Shown in pieces: positions 11,629 to 23,390 of a stretch of DNA of 64,000 nt. Position 1 is the stretch's first letter. Each line of letters starts with the position of its first letter. The DNA lies in assembly GCA_010093605.1 (NCBI GenBank), contig MU004198.1, forward strand, positions 1,118,726 through 1,182,725. Reading direction: 5' to 3'. Position numbers and translations under genes: made by a program. The notes beneath the pieces were generated by a model, which worked only from the letters and a program-made list of their open reading frames with translations, searched no databases and was not told the origin of the DNA. Origin of the DNA: Lophium mytilinum (taxonomy: Eukaryota).

Positions 11629-14008
11629 TCAATTCCCCGCCCCATCCCTCCGATCCCGACTCAAACTCCTCTCATCAATCCCCGTCCCCCTCGTCCCCCT
11701 CCCCAACGCCCACAACTCCAACTCCTCCGCCGTCGGACTACTAGGCGTCGAACTCACAGCACTCGGATCACGGCGGTGGCCGGCTGGGAGGTCAGAACCC
11801 AGCGTCGAGCTCACGGTACTCGGGTCCCGGCGATGGCCAGCAGGCGGCTCAGAGCCGGTACTCGTCACCGTGTTCGTCCGCGTCGGAGCACTACTGGCTG
11901 AGCGGAGCGTGCCCAGCGTCCCGAAATCGCGCAAGGCTGAGATATCCTCGAAGGGGGTGGCATAAGCCGACGGCGCAGGACTACGAGCTTCAGGACTAAT
12001 CGGGCTACCAACACCAGGCGTCGTAGCCTCACTAACACGCCCCCCACTGTTATCGCGAGAGTGGTTGAAGCTGCCGACCGGTTCGAAGTGCATGCCCTGA
12101 ACCTGAAAGCGTCCGTCATCCCCAGGCAGCTCATGAATCGCCGGGATACGGTCCTTCCGATCGCCGCGCTCGAAGTACTCGCGCCCACCCTCTCTCGCCG
12201 GGGTAGCGCCTTCCGTCGGCGGCGACTCCATCTCGCTGATCTCGGGCGGGCTCTCGAGCTCGTTGAGGACCGGGATCTCGACGATTGGCGGGAAGGGCTC
12301 GCGGTCTTTGTTGTCGCGGTTCACTTGCCCGCCGAAGTAGCCTGCGGATTCCGTGAAGCGCGGCGGGGGGCTGCTGGCCGTGGAGTCGAGTTCGCTGATG
12401 CGGCGTTTCTTGACTTCGGTGCCGGCGACTAGCGTGTCGATTTCGGACGGCGGTGGGGGGGCGGCTGGCTTGTTGCGGTTGCGGCGGCGGCGGATGAAGA
12501 ACCAGATTGCGAGGCCGATGAGGATGAGGCCGAGGACGCCGCAGCCGGCGCCTATGCCGGCTTTGGCGCCGGTACTGAGGCCGGATTTCTTCGTGGTTGA
12601 GGGCGGGACGTAGGACGCTGGGTAGATCGTTACGATGTGGGATTCTGGCATTGGATTGGTAAAGTTTGCGGGAGCGACGGTGAAGTTCTTTTTTTCGTAG
12701 TTCACGATCAGGTATGTTTCTTGGAGAAGAGCTCGACCGAGCACGAAGATACCGGTGGGTGAGCGTTTGAGGGGGAAGTATTTGGTAGCGTCGTCGTAGA
12801 TTGGGAACGATGCAGTTAGGTCAAGAGCGGCGTATGGGAGTACAATGGAGGCGACATTGTTGCTAGGATTCGGGCCCGAGCCAATTGTGAAAGTCATGGT
12901 GGCATTTTGGTTGTAATTATAGGAGTGCGAGGTATCGTTAACTGTGTAGAGGTTCGTGTTGTTGTCATAGGTAAGGCGAAAGCGGTCGGCAATGGCGTCG
13001 CAGATGGCATCGGGTAGCCATAGGTAGGGGAGGGTCGAGTCTATGGTTGCGAGAAAACCAGAAGTACCAGCCGTCATGGAATAGACATTAGATTCGATGT
13101 TGGGGTCTGGCGCAACGGTAATGGATTGCACGCCGACGATGAGGGATGAGTTGCCAGGAGGCATTGGCACGGAAATGCCATGGCCCGAGAAGCGAGACTG
13201 GTCGTATCCACCCAGGGTCAAGCTTCCCAGAACACCTGCGGTATTGCCTGCAAAATGTTAGTATTAAAGCGTTCATTAATAATTCCTCATCACGATCGCC
13301 ATTCGCTTGGGCCTGTGATCGTGGCGTTGCTTTTCGCGTCTTCGGCCCATGCTTGGCCATAGCGTTCCTATGAAGACGAGGCCACTCACGATATTTTGCT
13401 CCAGCCTGGTAGCCGTATGCCAAGCTAGGGGTCTGGTTTGCGTTTTGGAAATCCGATAGGAAAGTATCGATGGGCCCACCACCTATGCCGAGTGGCGTAT
13501 TGGACAGTCCAAATACGCCCATGAAGAAGTCCTCCGTGATGATTTGGGCCACAAGCTGACCCGTGAGCATTGGACTGAGAGTGGAGTCTGCTCCCAGACC
13601 CACAGTATCGTGGCCATAGGTGGCATTGGGCCTGAGGTCTGGATACAGCTCGACGGCGGCTGGAAGAGGGAGATTGTAGATGCCGATTTCCTGCCAACTT
13701 CCGGAGGAGCTCGATGCGAATCCCAAGCTCTGCTTTGCATCGAAAGTCTGAATTCCACGACCTTCAGCGCACGAGTCTTTGTCAGGCTCGTTGCACCAGT
13801 CGGCCTGCGCTGGTATCGTCACGACAGATCCCCCAGTCGAGATGTGGACTTTGAAATTCTGCCCGGAATGGCCATCAGCTTGAGCATCGCCCACACTGAT
13901 CATGAAAGTGGACCAGGAACCATCATTGCCGTCGAAGGTGCCGCTGGGAGGAAAGACGTAGGGCGCTGGAATCGTTTTCGCAGTTTCAGTCCGCCGAAGG
14001 AAGGACAT
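11629..14008 (-). CDS. Membrane-anchored pepsin-like (A1) aspartic protease homolog with atypical active-site motifs; 2 exons (intron 13389-13248)
   Basis: Motifs FDGNDGSWSTF, GSLTLGGYDQSRF, IDSTLPYLWLP and FVLGRALLQETYL; TM helix AKAGIGAGCGVLGLILIGLAIWFFI followed by RRRR and a cytoplasmic tail. Intron GTGAGT..CTAAC..CAG joins ORFs 13088-14014 and 11629-13221 in frame. The N-terminus is uncertain. Confidence 0.85.
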
Positions 14009-16277
14009 TGTCACAGATGGGTCATGGCGATGTGCAGAGAGCAGCCGGACAGGTCTTCTCGTTTACGTGGATTAAGATGGGGCTGATAGTAGTAGGTCTT
14101 ACGTGAAGACTAGGCGTCCAAGATGTATCAAAGCAGCTAAAGATGGCTTCGAGCTACGGTAGGGAGACAGACTAAAGAGGGCGAGTGATGATAGCGACAG
14201 TCCAGCTGGGGGGCCACAGATGGGGCCACAAAAGCGGCGGTGGGGTTCCTCTGCAAGACTAGCGTTGACACACGCGGCGTCTGGGGATTCCTTCTGACAA
14301 GCCACGATCCCAGAGACAAGACACGGGAATCGACGGATCTCTGGCGAACGGCAGGCCTGTGACAGCCACATGATTCTGCATGGCGAAAGGCTGCTGGGGG
14401 CAGCATGTTGGGCAGCTTTGACGGTTGACAGCTGGTCGTGGGGGCGGGGGATCATGCCACAGCCCCGAAAGAGCTGACTACGTGCCTCTCAGCCCTTGCT
14501 TGGTGCTTTGCGATATGTAGCAGATGCGGTGGAGGCGCATTGCAGCACTCGCCGCCCGTTAGTGGTGTCGGCGGTGCTCTCCGTGATGCCGGCGGGCGTA
14601 CAGTGATGCTGAGTGGTGCTGCTGAGTGGTGGTAGGCGTGTGGCTTCACGGCGCGTACGCAGAGGGCTGGGCAATATTGAGGGCAACGCCGCTGCTGGTG
14701 CTGGGGGTAGCACTGGGGATGCATGGCTGCAGGTCAGACGCATGCGGTCGAAAGAGGGTTGCGCCCCGCCCAGCGTGGTGTTGTCGATGGAGTGTCGTTG
14801 CTTTTGCCCTGCCCCTCTCCGACCCCCCCGGCCTGATTCGTCCCAAGCCTCTCCCGCAGCCCCCTGGCCCGCACCGGTCAACGTCTGTCCAAGCTCCCGA
14901 GCTGCCCGCCAACCCGCGATGCCGCCCCCAATCTTCCTCTCTCAGCCTTCCCATCTCGACCCCATTTCGACATCACTGCCCGCCATTCACCATCCTGCCC
15001 CGCCGCCGCTTGCTGTATCTCGCAGCACATCATGGCTTGGGAGGCGTGTCGGATCTCCAACAGAACCACCATGCCGATTGTCCTAGGCCATTTGCGGCCC
15101 TTGGCCCTGCCACCGCCCCTGCCGGCTGAATGGTATCACTGCTATAGGGTTGTCACGACTCACCCTCGTGCTGCCACATCTCTGCCTAGCGGGCGGGGTC
15201 GTCATCCTGCGCCCTGTCGTTGTCTGCTCTGGGAGTAGTGAGGCTCAAGCCTTTCTCCGCCAGTCTAGATTCTTGAGTGCTTTACAGGCCCTGCTTGCCG
15301 GATCCCGCTCAGGGCCGATGCCAGTACGGACGCCGTGGTGCCATTCGCGCGTAATACGCCAGCAGTCTTGAGCTCTGACAGCTCCGAGTCTGTCCAGGGA
15401 ACCTCTCTCTGCCTGGATGCTCCTCCGTGACCTGCATAAGCCCGCGTCCCTGCTCATATACCTTTCCTTTGCTGTTCCACCGCTCGTTGTGTGCGAGGCA
15501 GAGCTCGCCGCTCCCGTTTTCAAGGTAAGTCATGCTTTTCGTGGTGCAACGCTGTTTCGTTCTACCGCATTTACAACTCCCGGACGGCTTCACAATCATG
15601 CCAAACTTCACCTCTCATATTCAAGCGCTGGCCAATGTATGTCATAGAGCTGCTGTATGCATCGGAAGGATATCTAAACTACTGCTATGCTATCTTTTCT
15701 ATACCGGCTATCGGTGCTATTCCATCCCTCGACACAACGTCTAACTAGCACACGATCAAACATCTCGTAACTTTTCTTGTCTTCTTGCCTCTGCAGTGCC
15801 GCTCAACATCCTGTTGCAAAATGCTCTCCAAAGGCACAATTCTTTCGTCTAATTCCAAATTGGCCCTTCGCGGCCCCACCTCGCGAGCGTAGCAGTCAAG
15901 CCATCTGACGCATGCAACCTTGCCTGTGTACTACAGCCTCATCGTATTCCTCAATTTCTAACCTACTCTCCATCGACTTCTCTCATTGCAATCCTCCAAT
16001 ATTGACAGCCTTGGGGATGATCTCATGTGATCTCGGCTGACATAACTCTAGCGCTAAGCCTATTCGGACGACACTCGCTACGCCGAATCGAGCATCACGC
16101 CTCGTCATCCCATCATTACCCCTGAACAAACTTAAGCAAAACATACTTTGGTCTATCCGATTGAAGCTGTTCCTTCTCTGGTTCGCAGGTACAATCAGTT
16201 GGAAGACATTGGTTGTCGTATCACGTGCGTCGGGCTACTTCCGTAAATCGACCTCATCCGTGCTCGGATATTCCAGC

Positions 16278-19200
16278 ATGCGTCCATCGCTATGGATCTT
16301 CGCCATCTTGGGCAGCGCTGCGGCAAAAAATCTCTCGGTTGAAGCATTGAACAAGAAGCCTCCGCCCACATCATCCTCATCATCTTGGGCTGCTACCTGC
16401 CCGGGCCCAGTAACGCTTACCTCAACGTCGACGTGCTATGAGACAAAATGGAGCACCACAACCTGCTATGAGACGACTACTTCGACCACGAGTATTCACG
16501 ATACGGTCACGTGCTTCGAGACAGTCACTCAGTGGAATTCGACAACGATATATGACACAACTACTGTCTGGAACGTCTCTACGAAAACGAAGGAGGTCGA
16601 TTTCACTAGCTGGTACACCACGGAGAAAACGGTCTCAACTGAAATCGATCACACCAGCTGGTTCACCACTGAGAAGACAGTCCCAACGGAAATTGATCAT
16701 ACCAGCTGGTATACCACTGAGAAGACAGTCCCAACAGAAATCGATCATACTAGCTGGTATACCACTGAGAAGACAGTCCCAACAGAAATCGATCATACCA
16801 GCTGGTATACCACTGAGAAGACCGTACGCCTCCCGCAGCTTTATCCCGCTGATCGGTGCAAGCTAACCTTGCTACTCCCCAGGTTCCCACGTGGTACACG
16901 AGGGAGAAAACCATTGAGACGGAAATCGACTTCACGAGCTGGTATACAACAGAAAAAACCGTATGGACCCTTGGGCTCTCCCTGCGCCTTGCGCGAGCTA
17001 ACCTTGCCTCTTCTTAGGTACCCACATGGTTGACTACGAAAATCACAGTGACCTCGATTGAGACTGATGATGTGACGGTACGAATCCCATGCTGCATAGC
17101 TTTTTACTGCTGTTTGCTTTCCGTTTTTCCAGCTAATCGGCAGCTGGCTGCGCGGTTGGGTCTCATTAGCGAGATCTTCCTCCTACCTTTCCATGCGCTA
17201 ATTTGTTCATCAGATTCCCACTTGGTATACCACTGAGAAGACCGTGACTTCTGTAGAAACTGATGACATTACGGCAAGTCTCCCTGCACAGATATGCGAT
17301 TATAGTTCCAGCGCTTTTATAACCGTCTCTACCGCCATTGCCTCGTCCAGTGGTGCTCTAAGCCTACCCTTCGTTGGCCTCGCGACCTATTTGGGCTTCA
17401 GCACCCGTTTTTCTTCCTTAAAACTATACTAATACCTCTTCAGGTGCCAACATGGTATACCACTGAGAAGACCGTGACCTCTATAGAAACTGATGATATT
17501 ACGGTAAGTCTCCCTGCACAGCCATGCGGCTATAATTTAAATACTTGCTTAACCGCATCTACCGCCATTCCCTCGCGCGTTGGTGCTCTAAGGCCATTAG
17601 ACTTTACTATTTGTTGGCTTCGCGACCCATGCGGGCTTCCGCACCCGTTTTTTTTCCTCGGAACTTTACTAATACCGCTTTCAGGTGCCCACATGGTATA
17701 CTACCGAGAAAACCGTGCTTTCCGTGTCGACAGATGAAGTTACAGTAAGGGTCCTTTTCCTACGCCCCCTCTTTTGCAACATCAACTATCTGGGCTCTTC
17801 TCCCGCCGTCTTCCATATCAATTCAGACGATACAAAGATGGCCTCATGTTGAGGTGCTCATCGCTCCGCCATCGCCCCGCGTGCCGATTTTTGAGCAGCC
17901 AATTTTCTGGGCGATTATAATACTCGGCCAAAAGTCTGGGCGCTCGGAGTTTACACTGCTTGGCTCGAGCTTTGCGCACTCGACACCATTGTGAGGAGTA
18001 TCCTGGCTACTTTGTAGCCGGGCAATCAAGAGGCAGTCTAATCTGCACTGCGTGCAACTCTACATCGCGGCCTTGCGTTCTCGAAACCCTGCGGGGTCCC
18101 TCAAGCAGTGGCGAACGAGTGTGCTCAGATTTATGACCTGTCGCTGTAATGTCTTCTTCACTCCGGCCACTAACTTTCCTTCCAGGTGCCTACTTACATC
18201 ACACGGACGACCTCATATTTTACGACTCAAACCGTCCTCAGTCTAATAACAATAACCACTGTTCTGCAGCAAAACTTCACCGTCACCGAGACTATATCGG
18301 GAACCCCAGTAACCGTCATTTCAACTACAGAGATCCCGACGACTATCGTCCAGACCATCACTTCATGTAAGCATAAAATTTCGTATTCCATCTTCGCTTG
18401 CAGCAGTTTTACGAAGCAGCCGTGTGACGCATTGTGAGAAAGAGCGCTGATCCCCTTCAGACATAACTACTCCTGGCCCAGTGCAGACTTTAACCCTCGA
18501 GACTCCGGGACCTACGAGCACTCTCACCCTCGAGACTCCAGGCCCGGTCAGCTTAGTTACGATACCAGTAACCGAAATATCTACGCTCACTCTAGCTCGT
18601 AAGCCTTCCATGATTTCTCGTCAATTTAGTAGTGCTAATTTTCTGCAGCCTCGACCTCCATCTTTACCAGTTTTATCACTCTTTCGGGATCAGTGCAGAC
18701 TATCATAAGCACCTCTATAGCTCCTGCAAGTACGATTTTGGTGACGCTCACCTCCAGCTTCACGGTTGTGGAGACCAGCCCCGTGACAGTGCAAACTCCC
18801 GGGCCTACTGTACAGATTACCGAGATATCTACGCTCACTCTCCCTCGTAAGGAATTTCGAACCCTTAATTTGGTTTAAACTTGCTAATTTTCTGCAGCCT
18901 CGACCTCCATCTTTACCAGTTTTATCACTCTTTTGGGATCAGTGCAGACTATCATAAGCACCTCTATAGCTCCTGCGACCACGATATTAGTGACAATCAC
19001 TTCAGATTTTACCGTCGTCACGCCCGGTAGGTTGCTTTCTTTAGTCCCGAAAAAGACATTCTCTTGAACGATTGAGAGACGTGGTTTCACAAACATTGGC
19101 GCTCCCGGAAAGAGACCCAGCATCATCACCATCGCAGCGTCGCAAGTGTCTTCAGCTCAAAATCGCCGGACGAGCAGAGAAAATGCTTGGCGCAACGATT

Positions 19201-21457
19201 CACAATCTCCTTACTCTGGTCACGTCCTCGTACAATTGACTAATGTTCATTTAGGACCCACATCTCTCAGCTTCATAACCGTAGAGACTCCCGGTAAGTC
19301 ACTTGCCCAGGGCTTTTTTTGACTGTCCTTCCTAATTATTGGATATTTTACTAAACTCTGGCTAGGACCAACCGCTCTCAGTTTGATTACTATAGAGATT
19401 CCCGGTAGAGCTCCTTTTCAGGCGTTTTCTTGAATCCTTTCCCTCAAATCTTGCATACCTTGCTGACCTCTATCAAGGACCCACTTCTGTCAGTTTTATA
19501 ACGATAGAGACTCCCAGTAAGTCTGATTCTCAGGCCACTCCTGGAACTATTATCCTCCAGTTTCGACGTACTTTGCTAAACTCCGTCCAGTCACGTTGCC
19601 ACCATCGACTACGATTTTTACAAGCCTCATCACCCTCTCTGGCTCTACACAAACCGTCATTAGTACCTCTGTAGTCCCGGCCAGCACAGTCATACAAACT
19701 TTGACAGTTCCGGGGCCCACGAGCTTCATCGAGACTCCTGGTACGTCCCTATTTCAACTGCGCGGCCCTCTTCTCTTCACTGCTCGAAATATAATCAGCT
19801 GCCCAGCATCTGCCGTTCGTCTCGTGGCCGTTTTCATCTATTCTCTATCTCCTGTCCTTGCACGTGCTCATTGTGCCCCATCTCCTCTCTCCTTCTTTGC
19901 TCCTAAATTCTTCCCGGATGATCTTATTCCGTTTCGAACTACCTACTAATCTATACTTAGGCCCAACGAGCATCTTAACCTCCCTGAGTTTGGTGACTAT
20001 CATCTCTACCCAGACTCTGCCGGCCCAGACTACCACCCTTCTCGCGACGACTACTTTGTCTGGAAGTACGTCTTTAATCACGATCACTTCGACACTTCCC
20101 GCTAGCACCGTGTTAGTGACAATTGTGTCTACTATTACGCAACTGCGGACGATTGTTCAAACGTCGCCTTTGACTATTATTGAAACGTCCCTGGTGACCG
20201 TCTCGCCAAGCCTGCTGTCCCCAAGCAGTCTCTCTTGTGCTCAATCCTGCGAAGTTGATGTCACTGCAACGCTACTCTCCTTCCCTGGCCAGGTGTCCAC
20301 CAAAACTGCAACCTACTACACCCGGAGTGTCGATGTCTACATCACACAGTATCCGGACGGCACCAACATCACCAGTACTGCTTCGGCGATCCTCAATATC
20401 CCTCCGCCTCCTCCAACCACTACCTCCGCAATTACATGGACTTTCTCGGGTGAAACTCTGTAAGCTTTTCCCAGTTTCGTCTTCCATTGCGCATGCTAAT
20501 AAAAGCAGAACTTGGCCCACGACATACGTGGTTTACAGCGACTTCAGCCATATCACTGCCATCCCAGAAGCCACAGCCTGCACGACTGTGACCGAGAGCC
20601 TAACTCTCCCAGCGCCCACCGACTATGCATCTCTCGTCTACCCTCCTGCAGCAATCAGCGAGTCCGGAAAGCCTCCTCAGGCTCTAATCAACTACCTCAA
20701 CTCCCTCCCCACTGTCCTCGAGCAGCTAAACGGCACCCCCATTGGCTCCTCCTGCGATCCTATCGTCGGCAGCACGAAAACGCAGGCTGCGACGAGTGTG
20801 CAGAACGTCGAACAACTTACTACAGTGACCGCAGTTGCCGATACGACTTCAACACATGTGACGCAAGCAGCGCAAGTCGATAAACCAACCAGCACAGGCC
20901 AAGCCCTCTCCGCACCTCCTCCTTCAACACCTTCTCCCTCCTCTCCACCGCCGTCGTCAGTTCCCACGCCTACGCCTACGCCTTCGCCCTCAACACCCCC
21001 GCCCACACCCAAACTATCGAGCTCTGCCGAAACTCCATCTCCTTCTCCTCCCGCACCAAGCTCCCCCGGTACGTCCACAGCATCTCCCCCACCGCTCAGC
21101 CCGTCATCTGCCGTATCCACGGCGTCTGTGGTTGTGCCGAATAGCAGTAGTAGTGCGGTGGTCTCCGAGCGTCCGTCTACTCCATCTCAGCCCTTATCCG
21201 CCAGCCCCACCACTAACGCCCCACAAGAATCATCCTCGCCTCCGCCCCCGGTCTCGAGCGCTAGCGCGTCCGGGTCATCGGCCACCGCGCCTACGTACGT
21301 GACTACGACTACGACGCGCACGTCGGCGCCGCCGCCGAGCTCGGTGCAGAGCGGGTCTGCGCCGTCGCAGGCGACGGGTGGGGCGGGGAGGGTGAAGTTT
21401 GGAGGGGTGGAGGGGTGGTTGTTGGGGGTTGTAGGTGTAGGAGTAGGGTGGGTCTGA
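16278..21457 (+). CDS. Secreted Thr/Ser/Pro-rich mucin/adhesin-like cell-surface protein, probably GPI-anchored; 16 exons
   Basis: Signal peptide MRPSLWIFAILGSAAA. Exons 16278-16823, 16883-16960, 17018-17077, 17214-17273, 17444-17503, 17685-17744, 18186-18366, 18461-18598, 18649-18846, 18898-19026, 19255-19293, 19366-19404, 19478-19516, 19591-19740, 19961-20459 and 20509-21457 splice in frame. C-terminus SQATGGAGRVKFGGVEGWLLGVVGVGVGWV resembles a GPI signal. Confidence 0.8.
16593..16823 (+). repeat. Coding minisatellite, 48-bp unit (EIDHTSWYTTEKTVPT), about 5 copies
   Basis: Near-identical GAAATCGATCATACCAGCTGGTATACCACTGAGAAGACAGTCCCAACA units in exon 1 of the mucin gene. Confidence 0.95.
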
Positions 21458-21769
21458 ATATCGTCTTCGTCTCACTAGCTTGGATTTGAAGATTCTCTTG
21501 GCGCATTTTTGAGCATGGAGTTTGGGAAAATGGGACTTGGGTAATTATAATGGGTTTTGGGTGCTCACTTTTAGGTGGGAGATACGCTCTGGGTGGAAAT
21601 GGGGGATATGGTGCTACGACACTCCTTACGGCGATTATCGATACGATGGATGGTCGCTATGGCTTCTGGACACTCCTTCAATCTAATGTTTTTTCAATAA
21701 TATCATTATACTGTCATCAAATTACTGTCACATATATTCGTTCCCTTGATCTGCAGAATCCGTATTTAT

Positions 21770-22165
21770 CCACCCCCGGTTTCTGGTCGCACGCCCTCTT
21801 CTTAGTAAATACACACCCCCTCTCCTGTATTATCTCTTGACTAGCCAGAGCGGCGCAAATCTTCGTTTAGTGCTCTATCCTCACCCTGCGTCCGTACGTG
21901 TATTCTTTCCAATTTACTCAGCCGCGCATGAGGCCGTACGCAACGGAGTACGAGAAGCCATACGTAATACCGTATGATAGGCCGTGCGCTATACTGTATA
22001 GCTTCTTTCCATCATTCCTAGCTCACCTGAATCGCCGTCTGAGTAACAATACACACGAAGTAGCTCCAAGAAGCTGCCACGGCCGCTCCAGCTAATCAGG
22101 AGATAAGACAGGAGGGGGGTTGCCTTTACCAAGAAGGGTATGTGTGACTATTAAGAAGGGGGTGT
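21770..22165. mobile_element. Degenerate inverted-repeat element (MITE or non-autonomous DNA transposon relic)
   Basis: ~21770-21855 (…CTTCTTAGTAAATACACACCCCCTCTCCTGTATTATCTCTTGACTAGCCAGAGCGGC) matches the reverse complement of ~22080-22165 (…CTTCTTGGTAAAGGCAACCCCCCTCCTGTCTTATCTCCTGATTAGCTGGAGCGGC). No TSD could be resolved. Confidence 0.5.
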
Positions 22166-22304
22166 GCAACTACAGAAAGAGCGTGTGTAGCACTAGACTC
22201 GCTTGAGAATAGGGTGTTATTGACGCCCTAGACGTGTTTCTGAAAGGGAGTGAATGGTGAAAGTCATGTGATCTAAAAGAAAAGCAAGGAGGCAAAAAGG
22301 AGAA

Positions 22305-22388
22305 GTCTCGTATGAGACTCGAACCTCGACTCAGCGTCCAGCCATTTTCCGCAAGTGGATATGATAGGCCATCTGAGCCATATGAGGT
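22305..22388 (-). pseudogene. tRNA-like / Pol III type-2 promoter sequence (tRNA pseudogene or SINE head)
   Basis: The minus strand has an A-box-like TGGCTCAGATGG, a B-box GGTTCGAGTC, imperfect acceptor-stem pairing and TTTTT just downstream (22298-22294). The T and anticodon arms do not fold cleanly. Confidence 0.35.
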
Positions 22389-22750
22389 TTGACCCTTTTT
22401 ATACTGTTCTACCTAAATTATCTTACTTATATACCTGACTACATCAACTCCCGTAACTTACTCTTGCTACCATTATAACCTTCTTATCACCGCCGTGTCA
22501 CTAATATCAGAAACATGGAGCATATCCAGACGAGTGCAGGTTTGCGGGTTAAGACTACGTGTTCGAGGAGTCTCGTGTTTGCGTTAGATATAGAAACACA
22601 TCCAGCCAACGAAGAATCAAGAGAGGGGTATATATATAAGAGCGCCTCATGCATATATAGTTAGACGATACAAACAGCTCTCGGTTAGCAATAGCAGAGA
22701 TTAAAAGTAAAAAGAGGTCGACCAAGACGGGAAATTTCACAACCTAGGTC

Positions 22751-22846
22751 CCACGGCGAGATCACCGCCGTGGAAGCTCTATATGGGCGGCACCGAAGTA
22801 CCGCTATGAATCAGTCGGCCACGGTGAGATCACCGCAGTGGAAGCT
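22751..22846. repeat. Two direct copies of a 28-bp palindromic motif
   Basis: CCACGGCGAGATCACCGCCGTGGAAGCT (22751-22778) and CCACGGTGAGATCACCGCAGTGGAAGCT (22819-22846); each can form a hairpin. Confidence 0.75.
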
Positions 22847-23390
22847 TCGTACGGCCTGAAAGTCCACCCTTGGGTTCAGTTGAGGTACTGGGAAGTGAAC
22901 TTAAATGTATAGCGTGCGGATCATCTCGATATGCGAATAGTTTTCTCTTAGCTGCTAAGCCGATCTAGCGACTCGCGTGGCGGTTTCGTCTGGCCAGTAC
23001 GTTTCTATATCAACCAATACGGGAAAACCTTAAGTCTACCACGAGTCCCATTCGTTTAATTCAGTCCACACACGTCAAGGTCAAGACGGTAGAGTTCATA
23101 GCTAGACGTTTATTCCGGGAATTGGTCGGCGGTCATCATTCACTGTAAACTTTTCAATGATTCACCACATCCAGCAGCCGCATTATCTTCACGGAAAGAT
23201 TCACGACGTCGTATTGTTCTGATCTCCTGAATAGCCCATATAAAAGGTCGTCGTAGTCTTCCCCTGGCTTCTACATCAGTTCCCACACAACACCCACTCA
23301 CCAACACTGCCGCCAGCAACCACCACGCCACGTACATTATACCCACATCGCTAACACGCATTAGTACTCTGCCTCCTCCTATTGGAAAAC

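Noticed and set aside
14099..15750. Many overlapping GC-rich ORFs
   Set aside because: Low-complexity Pro/Ala/Arg translations in the divergent promoter/UTR region between the protease and mucin genes.
16593..16823. CRISPR-like regular repeats
   Set aside because: Head-to-tail coding minisatellite without unique spacers, in a eukaryotic gene.
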